DNA of 64,000 nucleotides, from assembly GCA_019352195.1 (NCBI GenBank), contig JACAFG010000002.1:103820-167819 (forward strand). Direction: 5' to 3'. The notes below the pieces were generated by a model. That model had not been told where the DNA came from. It made no database searches and saw only the letters and a program-made list of their open reading frames with translations. Positions 28,548 to 38,094 of this stretch are shown one piece after another (the first letter of the stretch is position 1; each line of letters opens with the position of its first letter). The DNA comes from Candidatus Saccharimonadota bacterium. Lineage in GTDB: Bacteria > Patescibacteriota > Saccharimonadia > UBA4664. The translations under genes and the position numbers were made by a program.

Positions 28548-30244
28548 GCAAAACCCATCCAGTCCAGGCAGAGTTGCCAGTGCCGTTCTATGAACGCCAC
28601 TGGTTTAATCGGACGTTTGAAATTCTGCCGGGTGCGCTTACCTATACCATTCTCATTTTGCCCATAGTTTTGAGTCTCACGGTACCAATTTTGATCGCCT
28701 ACTTTATTATCGCCTTTGATTTGTACTGGATGTTGAAGTCCTTTCGGCTGGGCGCAAATCTAATCCGAGGCTACGGGCGGTTACACCAAGCACAAAAGAT
28801 TAATTGGGAAGACCGTCTGAAGTGGATTAACAATCCCGCGGCGGCGCTGACCGCCAACGAAAGTCACATCAAAAGCTTGCTTACCGAACATCCGCAACTC
28901 GCGCGGACCTTTGGAAGCACTAAGTTGTCTGAGCGATCGGCCTACGAGCAGCTCAAACACAATGAGGTTATGATTCATGGTTTGATTGGTCAGCAAAAGA
29001 GTCTGCTCAATCCCAAAGATATCTATAATGTTGTAATTCTTGCAACGTATAATGAATCAATCGACATTCTTGAACCTTCGGTCAAGTCTCTCGCTGAGGT
29101 CGACTACCCGACTAAGCAGCTGATGCTGGTGATCGCCTATGAGGCTCGAGGTGGGGAACAGACCGAGCAAAATGCCCACAAGCTGGTGGCAGAATATGGA
29201 CATCACTTTGCCTATGCTGTGGCTATCAAGCATCCCGATGGCATTGTGGGTGAGCACCGAGGTAAGGGCGCAAATATTTCCTACGCCGGTCGGCAGCTGT
29301 CGGAGGAAATTATGCGGCAGGGGATCGATCCGGCAAACGTAATTGTTACGACTTTTGACTCTGATCACCGAGCATCAAAGAATTATTTCGCCTATTTAAC
29401 GTATTTGTACTGCACCGATGTAAATCGGATGCACCGAAGCTACCAACCTATACCGATGTTTTATAACAATATTTGGGACGCGCCTGCTCCTATGCGCGTT
29501 ATTGCGACAGGTAACTCGTTTTGGACGCTCATGGAAACTATGCGTCCGCATCGTCTGCGTAACTTTGCTGCCCACGCCCAAAGTTTGGCCGCACTCATAG
29601 CAACGGATTACTGGAGCATTACGACCATCGTTGAAGATGGACATCAGTTTTGGCGCTCGTTCTTTGCATTTGATGGTGATCACCAAGTGGTGCCAGTCTA
29701 TACGCCAATATTTCAGGACGCGGTGTTGGCTGATACGTATGCCCGAACCTTTAAAGTCCAGTTCCTCCAACTGCGCCGATGGGCGTGGGGTGCATCAGAT
29801 ATTGCTTTTGTAGCGCGGAAATCTTTCGAAAATCCGCGCATAGCTTGGAGCAACAAACTTGTTCAATGGGGCCGTTTGGTCGAGAGTCATTTTTCTCAGG
29901 CTACGGCGCCGCTGCTCCTAAGCTTTGTGGGATATTTGCCGCTATATCTCAACCACCGCTTTTCCTATGACGCGCTGGCGCACAACTTGCCGGTAATGCT
30001 GTCATGGATTTTGCGGCTCGCGTCTATCACTTACTTTATTACCATTGGTATTAGCCTTATTTCATTGCCGCCGCGGCCGGCTCGTTACAAACGGGCACGT
30101 AATATCGGTATGATTTTGCAGTGGTTTTTGCTCCCAGTGACGTCAATTATTTTCTCCTCGTTTGCAGCTATTAACGCTCAAACTCGTCTAATGTTTGGGA
30201 AGTATCTGGAATTTTATGTTACCGAAAAGTCGACGCGAAAATGA
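28544..30244 (+). CDS. Processive family-2 glycosyltransferase (cellulose/chitin/hyaluronan-synthase-like, QxxRW motif)
   Basis: N- and C-terminal TM helices. GT2 catalytic motifs are present (ILATYNES, DSD in TTFDSDHR, QLRRWAWG). Confidence 0.75.
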   Translation: MSKTHPVQAELPVPFYERHWFNRTFEILPGALTYTILILPIVLSLTVPILIAYFIIAFDLYWMLKSFRLGANLIRGYGRLHQAQKINWEDRLKWINNPAAALTANESHIKSLLTEHPQLARTFGSTKLSERSAYEQLKHNEVMIHGLIGQQKSLLNPKDIYNVVILATYNESIDILEPSVKSLAEVDYPTKQLMLVIAYEARGGEQTEQNAHKLVAEYGHHFAYAVAIKHPDGIVGEHRGKGANISYAGRQLSEEIMRQGIDPANVIVTTFDSDHRASKNYFAYLTYLYCTDVNRMHRSYQPIPMFYNNIWDAPAPMRVIATGNSFWTLMETMRPHRLRNFAAHAQSLAALIATDYWSITTIVEDGHQFWRSFFAFDGDHQVVPVYTPIFQDAVLADTYARTFKVQFLQLRRWAWGASDIAFVARKSFENPRIAWSNKLVQWGRLVESHFSQATAPLLLSFVGYLPLYLNHRFSYDALAHNLPVMLSWILRLASITYFITIGISLISLPPRPARYKRARNIGMILQWFLLPVTSIIFSSFAAINAQTRLMFGKYLEFYVTEKSTRK

Positions 30245-30281
30245 TAGGCTGTTAGGGTAAGCTAAAGCAGGAGGCGGGCAC

Positions 30282-31346
30282 ATGATAAACCTACTGGGCT
30301 TTGGGATGGCATTTGCCTTAACTGCAATTTTGACGCCCCTTGTACGCCGATTTGCGCTCGACCACAACATCATCGACGCTCCCAACGAGGAGCGCAAAAT
30401 TCATAAACATCCGATTGCCTATCTCGGTGGCGTGGCAATGTTTATTTCGTTTGCGGTTACCGCGCTGTGTCTGATGGCACCCAGCCGGCAACTGACGGCG
30501 TTGCTGATCGGCTGCGGTATTTTGGCCCTTATTGGAGCGATTGATGATATTCGCAAGTTATCGCCATGGACGAAGTTGTTTTTTCAGTTCCTGGCAGCAG
30601 GTATCGCGCTGGGCGGCGGCATCGGCATTACAACGATTTCTAATCCGCTCGGAGGCACAATCGATCTCACCGTGGGTCGATTTGGCGTAAGTATGTTTGG
30701 CCAGCATTTTCATATCACGCCGATTGCTAACTTCCTGAGTATTTTGTGGATGGTGGGGCTTGCTAACACCATCAATTTTTTGGACGGCCTGGATGGCCTA
30801 GCCGGTGGAGTCTCGGGAATTGGCGCCGTGATAATGTTTTTGCTGGCCATCAGTCCGCGCGTGAATCAGCCTGCAGTAGCGTTACTGGCGATTATTCTGG
30901 CAGGGGTAGCGTTTGGCTTTTTGCCGTACAATTTCTATCCGGCACGGATTTTTATGGGCGATTCGGGATCATTATTTTTGGGTCTGGTGTTGGCAATGCT
31001 GGCAATTTATTCGGGGGCCAAGCTGGCGACGGCCACGCTGGTACTGGGTTTTCCTATTTTTGACGCGGTTTGGGCCGTTACGAGGCGCATTGCCAAAGGT
31101 AAGTCGCCGTTTCGGGCCGATCGCCAGCATTTCCATCATTTGCTCCTCGATGCCGGCTTGAGTCAGCGTCAGGCCGTTCTTACGCTGTACGCCGTTGCTA
31201 CGGTGTTTGGTCTGGTGGCTCTGCGCGCGGGCTCGTTTGGCAAGCTGTTGGCATTTTTGGTGCTCGGAGTATTCATGACGTCAGCTATTGCATGGCTCAC
31301 GTTCGGCTCGAGGGCGCGAGCGCGTAAACTTCTTTCCAAAGATTGA
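30282..31346 (+). CDS. Polyprenyl-phosphate sugar-1-phosphate transferase, MraY/WecA (GT4 Glycos_transf_4) family
   Basis: NTINFLDGLDGLAGG and FMGDSGSLFLG motifs. It has about 10 TM helices. Confidence 0.8.
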   Translation: MINLLGFGMAFALTAILTPLVRRFALDHNIIDAPNEERKIHKHPIAYLGGVAMFISFAVTALCLMAPSRQLTALLIGCGILALIGAIDDIRKLSPWTKLFFQFLAAGIALGGGIGITTISNPLGGTIDLTVGRFGVSMFGQHFHITPIANFLSILWMVGLANTINFLDGLDGLAGGVSGIGAVIMFLLAISPRVNQPAVALLAIILAGVAFGFLPYNFYPARIFMGDSGSLFLGLVLAMLAIYSGAKLATATLVLGFPIFDAVWAVTRRIAKGKSPFRADRQHFHHLLLDAGLSQRQAVLTLYAVATVFGLVALRAGSFGKLLAFLVLGVFMTSAIAWLTFGSRARARKLLSKD

Positions 31347-31407
31347 CCTCAGAAAAGCTCTCATTGGCGGGGAGAGTGGTAAGATAGTGGAGTAACGGGG
31401 AAGCGCC

Positions 31408-31740
31408 ATGTCTATGCAGCCAAGGTACCTCCAGGAACTCATTAAGAACTTGCAAGAGTTCTACAAGTGTCCTTCCTGCGAAACAAATTATCACTTTGAT
31501 GATATCCGCTTCCTCGGCGAGATTGATTTATATTGCTTTGTGCAATTGTCCTGCCATAGCTGTTCGTTGCCGGTTTTAGCCACGGTGAGCGTAAACGGCA
31601 AGGGGAACGCCAAGCATAAAACTGATCTGAAGCAAAACGAAGAGGCAAAGTTTGCTACTAAAGGTGCCATTTCGGCTGGTGAAATTGCCGAGTTTCATCG
31701 CTGGGTCAGCAAGGCACGGTCGTTTTCTAAACGTAAGTAG
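31408..31740 (+). CDS. Hypothetical zinc-ribbon protein
   Basis: CPSCETNYHF ... CHSCSLPV gives a CxxC...CxxC arrangement. Confidence 0.4.
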   Translation: MSMQPRYLQELIKNLQEFYKCPSCETNYHFDDIRFLGEIDLYCFVQLSCHSCSLPVLATVSVNGKGNAKHKTDLKQNEEAKFATKGAISAGEIAEFHRWVSKARSFSKRK

Positions 31741-31846
31741 GTAGGCAGAAGAACGTGCCGAAATGCTAGCGGTTAGGCGGCAAGTAGCATTTTGAGCGGT
31801 AATCAGGTACAATGGCGCGAGTTGTTTAATTGCTCAAGGAATTTTC

Positions 31847-32524
31847 ATGGATAAACTCATCCTCAACGCCAGCACTCGCACCGAGCGCGGCAAAAAACTC
31901 AGCAAGGTTCGTGCCAACGGCCTCGTTCCGGCTGTCGCATACGGCCGCGAAGTCGCTTCGGAGTCGGTTTCTATCGATGCTCGTGAGCTCACCAAGGTAT
32001 ACCGCCAAGCTGGCGGTAACAAACTAGTTGATTTCAAAATTGGTGACGGTAAGTCGCGCGGCGTAATTATTCACGAGGTTCAGCTCGACGGCCGTAGTGG
32101 TGCAATTTTACACGCTGACCTGTACCTCGTACGCATGAACGAAGTGCTGACGGCCGAAATTCCTCTGCACTTTGTTGGCGAGTCTACCGCAGTCTACCAG
32201 CTCGAAGGTGTGCTGCTGAAGAACTTGGAAACGGTTGAGGTAGAATGTTTGCCGGCGGATCTGCCAGAGAGCATTGAAGTCGATATTTCTGTTCTCGATG
32301 AGTTTGAAAAATCCATAAGTGTGGCTGATCTCGTTATTCCAAAGGGCGTAAAATTGCTCGTTGAAGACACTGAGACCCTGGTTGTTAAGGTCGAGGCTCC
32401 TCGCAGTGATGAAGAAATCGCTGAACTTGAGGCTGATCTTACCGAAGTTCTGCCCGAAGGTGTTAAAGAAGACGAGCCCGCTGTAGTTGCCGAAGAGAGT
32501 GGCGGTAACCGCGACAAGAAGTAA
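31847..32524 (+). CDS. rplY: 50S ribosomal protein L25 / general stress protein Ctc
   Basis: MDKLILNASTRTERGKKLSKVRANGLVPAVAYGRE ..., plus the acidic C-terminal extension typical of the Ctc form. Confidence 0.85.
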   Translation: MDKLILNASTRTERGKKLSKVRANGLVPAVAYGREVASESVSIDARELTKVYRQAGGNKLVDFKIGDGKSRGVIIHEVQLDGRSGAILHADLYLVRMNEVLTAEIPLHFVGESTAVYQLEGVLLKNLETVEVECLPADLPESIEVDISVLDEFEKSISVADLVIPKGVKLLVEDTETLVVKVEAPRSDEEIAELEADLTEVLPEGVKEDEPAVVAEESGGNRDKK

Positions 32525-32671
32525 TTCCTTGTTGCGTACTCAGAGCCGGAGTGAATGCTCCGGCTTTTTGTTTGCGTCACAGTGGCATATTGACAAAATG
32601 GTTACGTTTTTTTATAATATCGCCAAAATCGCATCTCATTCTGATAGTTCCATCTACGAGAGGATCGTCCT

Positions 32672-33325
32672 TTGAGTTATACCGATGAGGTCCAAGGCCG
32701 CCCCTTCTCGGAGGTAAGCGGCAAGAGCCTGTGGCGCAAGTCGGCCCAGCAGGGCGACCGAGAGGCTGCAAAGCTGGCGGTCAATGAGTTCATTTTCATA
32801 TTCCGCACTTGTCGCCCGGTGAAAATTCAGCTAATTCTGTCGGCTGGCTTCATTGCGTTGGCCTACGTGTGGACATGGTTGATGTGGGACAGCGTCTTTC
32901 CGATGTCCAAGCTGGTCTGGTTCATCATGATTGTCTGCCTCGGTTTTATGGTCGAGGTAATCAACACGACCTGCGAACGGGTCGGCAATGCCAAAGCCGC
33001 CGACGCCAAGTCGGACCGCATTCGGCTGGAAATCGATCGTCCCGATCTCGATCCGGAGAAGCTACGGCAACGCGAACAGCTGCTCGAGATTCACTGGGGG
33101 CCTCTCGGTGAGAGCAGTTTTACCTTCTCAACGCCTGCACCCATATTGCGGGCGTTGGACCGGCATTACGACCCGTTTCAGAACGAGTATGACAAAGATT
33201 TGGAGCGCCGATTGCAGTTCAACAAGCATTCTAGGTGGATCAAGGATGGCGGCGCTGCCGTCACTACCGCGGTTGCTCTGGCAGCCTTCACCATCGAACC
33301 GCTGCTGATTTTTTTTCAGCACTGA
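32672..33325 (+). CDS. Diacylglycerol kinase (DgkA) family membrane protein with an insertion
   Basis: MVEVINTTCERVGNA resembles DgkA E..NTAIE. The C-terminal KDGGAAVTTAVALAAF resembles DgkA AKD.GSAAV. At 217 aa it is longer than canonical DgkA. Confidence 0.45.
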   Translation: MSYTDEVQGRPFSEVSGKSLWRKSAQQGDREAAKLAVNEFIFIFRTCRPVKIQLILSAGFIALAYVWTWLMWDSVFPMSKLVWFIMIVCLGFMVEVINTTCERVGNAKAADAKSDRIRLEIDRPDLDPEKLRQREQLLEIHWGPLGESSFTFSTPAPILRALDRHYDPFQNEYDKDLERRLQFNKHSRWIKDGGAAVTTAVALAAFTIEPLLIFFQH

Positions 33326-33340
33326 CAGGTCCGCGTCCGG

Positions 33341-33375
33341 AACCGCTTCACCCTATCGGGTGAAGCGGTTTTCGC
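33341..33375. terminator. Bidirectional intrinsic terminator between the dgkA-like gene and nrdR
   Basis: 13-bp stem aaccgcttcaccc/gggtgaagcggtt with T-rich flanks. Confidence 0.6.
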
Positions 33376-33379
33376 TGTT

Positions 33380-33826
33380 TTAAGAGTATTTTTTGAGCTC
33401 GGCGCGCATTTGAGCGTCGCTTGAAAGATCGGCATGATAGGCCAAAAAACGCATGAAGGCCGCCGTATTGAAATGTTTAAGAGTTACCAAGGTGATGTGG
33501 GCGACTTGTGCCGAAGTGAGCTCCCGCTGCTTGCTATCGAGAAGTTTAGCTTCGACGGTGTCGGTAACGGCGTCGACGGTGGTTTCTTTGGCGGCAATCG
33601 ATAAAAAGGCACCATAAATGCCGGAATAGAGCTTAGCGCGGCTGTAACGCTGTTTGCGGCCACTCTTTTTAACAACCTTGAGAAAACCCAGATCGGGCGC
33701 TTCATAGGTTGTGAAGGCCTCGTGGCAGCTCTGACAGCGCCTGCGGCGCCAGATCTGAGTGCCGAACTTAGTTACGCGGGAATTATAGACTTCTGTGTCG
33801 TCGGCGCGACAGTAGGGACATTTCAT
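33380..33826 (-). CDS. nrdR: Transcriptional repressor NrdR
   Basis: MKCPYCRADDTEVYNSRVTKFGTQIWRRRRCQSCHEAFTTYE is the Zn-ribbon, followed by an ATP-cone. Confidence 0.9.
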   Translation of the reverse strand: MKCPYCRADDTEVYNSRVTKFGTQIWRRRRCQSCHEAFTTYEAPDLGFLKVVKKSGRKQRYSRAKLYSGIYGAFLSIAAKETTVDAVTDTVEAKLLDSKQRELTSAQVAHITLVTLKHFNTAAFMRFLAYHADLSSDAQMRAELKKYS

Positions 33827-33999
33827 GACTACATGTTGTCATATGACTAATGTTTACACCAGTGGATAACGCTCGATTTTTGGGGACAAAAGGTTGCGCT
33901 ATCTGTTGGCGAGCGCTAAAACATGACTATATATCTGGCTAGGAATATTCTTTGGCCCTATTAAGCTTAAATTGTCTAATCCAAGGATCTGGAGGCACA

Positions 34000-34542
34000 A
34001 TGACAACCTGGACTGCGATTGAACGACCGGGATATCTCGGACGGCATCGAAATGAGCGTTACGCAGCGTACGATGAACAGTATGGTGCTGATAACTGGCG
34101 CCTGCGCTGGGCAGGCGGATACGTAACGGGCGGCATATCCACGGCAGTGATGTGGTACGAGGACGCCTACATGAACTTTTTCAGCTCACATGCTGCCATT
34201 GTCAGGCAGTTGGTGGCTGAAGCAAGCAATGTGTATGACGACGCGCCCAGTAATACGGCCAGTGGCGTTAATTATGCCGCGCAGGAGACAGGGCGAACGC
34301 ATTTGCAAGACATCGCCATCCGTCGCTGTTTGCTTCGGCTGGGGGTGTGGTTTACGGGTGATGATCTGATTCAGATTCGCGATAGTGCCGGGACACATTC
34401 GTTGAGCTTGACGTTGTCACCCGGACAGGTACCGTTTCACCGGCCAAACTGGATATACCAGCCCGAACTTACGGGTTGGTGGCAGTCGGGTAGCGTAGAG
34501 TCGTTTTACCAGAGCAATAAGTGGCTTCAGGTTCGAAGCTAA
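34000..34542 (+). CDS. Hypothetical protein
   Basis: The ATG at 34000 has a GGAGG SD. The 180 aa product is Trp/Tyr-rich and not recognised. A perfect hairpin follows. Confidence 0.45.
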   Translation: MTTWTAIERPGYLGRHRNERYAAYDEQYGADNWRLRWAGGYVTGGISTAVMWYEDAYMNFFSSHAAIVRQLVAEASNVYDDAPSNTASGVNYAAQETGRTHLQDIAIRRCLLRLGVWFTGDDLIQIRDSAGTHSLSLTLSPGQVPFHRPNWIYQPELTGWWQSGSVESFYQSNKWLQVRS

Positions 34543-34558
34543 TGTAATTTGGCCGCAA

Positions 34559-34588
34559 TTGGCCGCCTCCCATTTGGGAGGCGGCCAA
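34559..34588 (+). terminator. Perfect 14-bp-stem hairpin (terminator-like)
   Basis: ttggccgcctccca-tt-tgggaggcggccaa followed by TTT. Confidence 0.5.
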
Positions 34589-34797
34589 TTTACCGTGGGC
34601 ATGCATGACTCATCCCCGGTCGCGCCTTATGGCGCGACCGGGGAAGTTGAGTTTAAGCCGCTAGCGATGGAGCCAGTACACTCCGAGGCTGGTGGCAATA
34701 GTGCCGGCTACGGGCTTGCAATACCGATCGCCGTGATCAAGCCGACCATCTTGCGTTCGGCTTTTGTATGGTTTATTATCTGTAGCGGGAGGCCAAT

Positions 34798-35058
34798 ATG
34801 CGCGAAGAAGTAAATGACTCGGTGAGCGTCTTGGCTTCGTTTGCGCCGGGGCCGCGTAATACCGTGCGGGTGACGCCACACATCTTAAAATGGCAGGGCC
34901 GTAAGTACAATTTGAGCACGATGGGTCTGTATCACCCCGAGCGCCGTGGTGATAAGCGGATTCATATTTTTGAATTTAGCTGCGACACCACCAAGTTTCG
35001 GCTGGAGCTAGATCCAGATTCGCTGATGTGGACGGTCACTGAGGTGTTTTACGCCTAG
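34798..35058 (+). CDS. Small hypothetical protein
   Basis: An 86 aa ORF that is not recognised. Confidence 0.25.
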   Translation: MREEVNDSVSVLASFAPGPRNTVRVTPHILKWQGRKYNLSTMGLYHPERRGDKRIHIFEFSCDTTKFRLELDPDSLMWTVTEVFYA

Positions 35059-35161
35059 AAGCGATGAACGTTAAGGTAGCTAGTTCAATCATTGCTCAAC
35101 GTAGCGCACCCCCGACGGCGCAAGGCCATCGGGGGTGGCGGACAGGGCTCGATTGGGTTGT

Positions 35162-35647
35162 TCACACAGCGAAAAAGTTGATGAGGCGGAACCAGTCGCG
35201 TTCAGCGGGTGCTGGAGCGATGGAAATCCCAGCCTCCTGAGCTCGGCGAACGTACTCGGCGATCCAGCTTTGGTATGCCTCCAGCGCGTCACTCCAGAGG
35301 CGAGACGTATCGCTGCCAAGATCGACCTGGATTTGGTCTTTCACAAGGGCAATCCCGAGATCGTAGAGGAAGACGGCCTGAGTTTCCAGAGCTTGCCGGA
35401 AACGGTCGGCGCCCCACCAGGTGGGTCCGCCGCCACTTACGACAGCAGCGTCATCGGTAGGCCGTTGATTGGGGTCGGCCGCTCGTACCTGACAGATTGA
35501 GATCACACTCATGGACATCTGGCAGATGAGGTAGTGCAATTGCTCCGAATCGCCAAAGGTCAGAACGGGCCGCGAGACCAGCGCAGCCGGTACGTCGGTC
35601 TTTACCGACTGGTCTCGAGTTGGTCCTAAGGTTTTGGAAAGACTCAT
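35162..35647 (-). CDS. Hypothetical protein
   Basis: A 161 aa ORF that is not recognised. Confidence 0.35.
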   Translation of the reverse strand: MSLSKTLGPTRDQSVKTDVPAALVSRPVLTFGDSEQLHYLICQMSMSVISICQVRAADPNQRPTDDAAVVSGGGPTWWGADRFRQALETQAVFLYDLGIALVKDQIQVDLGSDTSRLWSDALEAYQSWIAEYVRRAQEAGISIAPAPAERDWFRLINFFAV

Positions 35648-35764
35648 GACGCTCCTTACGAGCTAGGGTACTTGGGGGCGGATTAGTTTTAGCGCGGATA
35701 ACGTGGTTTTACCAGATAAGGATTAGCTTTGAATTTGCCGATTAACCCAGAAGTGCCCGAAATC

Positions 35765-37009
35765 ATGCATATCGACCTGAATTCTGCCTTTGCCATGACT
35801 GAGCAACAGGCCAATCCACTACTGCGTGGCAAGCCCGTGGGCATAACTAATCGGCTGAATGATTACGCTATTTGTATTGCGGCGTCTTATGAGGCCAAGC
35901 GGTTGGGAGTGGGTCTTGGAACGAGACAGCGTGAAGGCCGTTGGCGTGCACCGGGGCTTGTGATGCTTGAGAGTGACGCGCCAAAATATCAGTTCGTCCA
36001 TCGCCAAATACGTACGATTTTTGAGAGTTATTCGCCGACAGCTTACATGAAAAGCATCGATGAAGGAGTTATCGATTTCCGGGGGATGCGGGGGCTTCTA
36101 AAGGGGCGCAGCATGGAAGATATTGGCTACGAGATTAAGCAGCGTATACGCGATGAAGTGGGCGATCACATGACGGTAAACGTGGGTATTGGCCAAAACC
36201 GGTGGCTGGCCAAGCTGGCGGCGGGTTTTCTGAAGCCTGATGGCATGTATAGCATTGACCGCGATAATTTGGCCGTCGTATATGGCTTGCTTCAGCTTAC
36301 CGATTTACCCTATATCGCCTCGCATAATAAAGTGAGGCTATTTGAGGCGGGCATTTATGCACCGCTGGACTTTTTCATGGCTGATGAAATTACGCTTACG
36401 CGCGGCGTGTTTCACTCAATTCTTGGTCATCACTGGTATCTTAAGCTGCGCGGTTACGAAACCGAGACCGAAACGGGCGTTCGCACCGTAGGGCGGAGTT
36501 ATGTGCTGGAGCATCGGACGAGGGATCCGGAGGAAATTGCTACCTTACTTTATAAGGCCGCGGTAAAAATAAGCCGAAGACTGCGTACCAACGATTTGGC
36601 TGCACGCGGGCTCATGGTGCAGTTTGGTTATGTTGGTGAGACGATGGGCGAGGGCTGGGAGCGTTATCGGCATCGTGGCACCGGGTGGAATGGTCGGCGA
36701 ATGTACCCTACAGCAGTACGGCGCGCCGATCAGCTTTATGCGAGAGCGCTCGATTTGTACCGCGAGAGCCCGCAGGATCAGACGCTGGCATCGCTCGTGA
36801 TAACGAGCTATGCCTTAGAGCCAGTACGCCATGATCAGCCCACATTGTATGAGAGTGAGGATGTACGCCGTGACCGGATCGAAAGCGCCATTAATCTTGT
36901 TAACGATAAATACGGCGAGCTCGTGCTCGCGCCGGCTTCGGTAAAAGCGTCGCGTAACCCTATGAAGGATAAAATTCCGTTTGGAACGGTTCGCTATTTT
37001 GATACTTAA
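35765..37009 (+). CDS. Y-family DNA polymerase (DinB/ImuB-like, UmuC domain)
   Basis: MHIDLNSAFAMTEQ at the N-terminus resembles the IMS family DLNSFFASVE. The length fits. The start may be the upstream GTG/TTG at 35729. Confidence 0.65.
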   Translation: MHIDLNSAFAMTEQQANPLLRGKPVGITNRLNDYAICIAASYEAKRLGVGLGTRQREGRWRAPGLVMLESDAPKYQFVHRQIRTIFESYSPTAYMKSIDEGVIDFRGMRGLLKGRSMEDIGYEIKQRIRDEVGDHMTVNVGIGQNRWLAKLAAGFLKPDGMYSIDRDNLAVVYGLLQLTDLPYIASHNKVRLFEAGIYAPLDFFMADEITLTRGVFHSILGHHWYLKLRGYETETETGVRTVGRSYVLEHRTRDPEEIATLLYKAAVKISRRLRTNDLAARGLMVQFGYVGETMGEGWERYRHRGTGWNGRRMYPTAVRRADQLYARALDLYRESPQDQTLASLVITSYALEPVRHDQPTLYESEDVRRDRIESAINLVNDKYGELVLAPASVKASRNPMKDKIPFGTVRYFDT

Positions 37010-37084
37010 ATCGCTCACCGAGTGATCTCAGGTGAGCGATGGGGTCGTGATCGATACAACTATTTGTAGGTCGGTGACCGTGGG

Positions 37085-37486
37085 CTACTGGGCAGCGGCC
37101 ATTTCTTTAGCCTCAATGATTGTTTGTTCCTGCTTTTCGGCCAGCTTGGTTCTAAGCCACTTAGTGAGACCCCACGACTGCTTGATGACGCCAGTGTAGG
37201 CCTCAATCAGTTTATCGGTAGCTCCAAGGCTTTTGGCGCCGTCAAGCTGCTTTTGCGCCTGCTCGGCTTCGCGGCGTGCATCAGCCAAGGCGTCGAGTTT
37301 GAGGCGGTAACTGTATAAACGATGCGTCTCCATAATGTGATGGGACACGGCGGCGCTAGAACGGCGAAGGTCATTACCCAGACCGTAGAACTGGTCGACG
37401 GGAAATGTTTTTACGAGCTCATAGACTTCGTCTTCGAGGCCGCGGGCGGTTTTGTAAATTCGTAGCTGTTCGATTGTTTCAGCCAT
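37085..37486 (-). CDS. Four-helix-bundle protein (TIGR02436-like, the family found in 23S rRNA intervening sequences)
   Basis: IYKTARGLEDEVYELVKTFP ... LGNDLRRSSAAVSHHI resembles the family motif ...QLRRAA.SI..NIAEG. Confidence 0.45.
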   Translation of the reverse strand: MAETIEQLRIYKTARGLEDEVYELVKTFPVDQFYGLGNDLRRSSAAVSHHIMETHRLYSYRLKLDALADARREAEQAQKQLDGAKSLGATDKLIEAYTGVIKQSWGLTKWLRTKLAEKQEQTIIEAKEMAAAQ

Positions 37487-37637
37487 TATTGGTTCTCCTT
37501 TTCGTCTGGGTTTCGAGCACGGAACTTCCCAAACGTTTCACTTAATGCGTACTACCCACACCGAGAGAATACCGAATATAAACCGAACAGTCAAGACATA
37601 AATTTGCCGTACACATTTGCGATGATGTACGGCAAAT

Positions 37638-37922
37638 TTAGTTAGTTTTGCTGGTATCAGAGGAGGCGTCGTCGCTAGTGAGTTTGAAAAGCTGTGGGTC
37701 GGACGACTCGGCTTGAGGAATAATACGGGATGCGTCCAAGGAGTCACGAGCAATCTCGGATACTTGTTCCTCACTAAGGCCGCGGCTCATTTCAGCTTGT
37801 AAGTCGTGTTCGTCGAAAATAGAAGGATCGATATCATTTAGATAGTCCGTAGAACCGGGAATTTCGGCATAAAATTCTTGATACGGTAACGGATAGTCAT
37901 CCAGTGGATCTGGTTTGGTCAT
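37638..37922 (-). CDS. Small acidic hypothetical protein
   Basis: 94 aa, rich in Asp and Glu. Confidence 0.3.
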   Translation of the reverse strand: MTKPDPLDDYPLPYQEFYAEIPGSTDYLNDIDPSIFDEHDLQAEMSRGLSEEQVSEIARDSLDASRIIPQAESSDPQLFKLTSDDASSDTSKTN

Positions 37923-38094
37923 CTCTACCTCGACTTAAGTATGGTGGTTTGGTGCCGGGCAGACGCGCCACGAACATGAGTACTATCATAACCGGCAAAC
38001 GCCGGTTGGCACAGTTTCAATATGCCGAAATGCGGGCGCTTAGAAACGGACCGCTTTGGAACATGCACTATATTGTTAAGATCATGCGAAAAAA

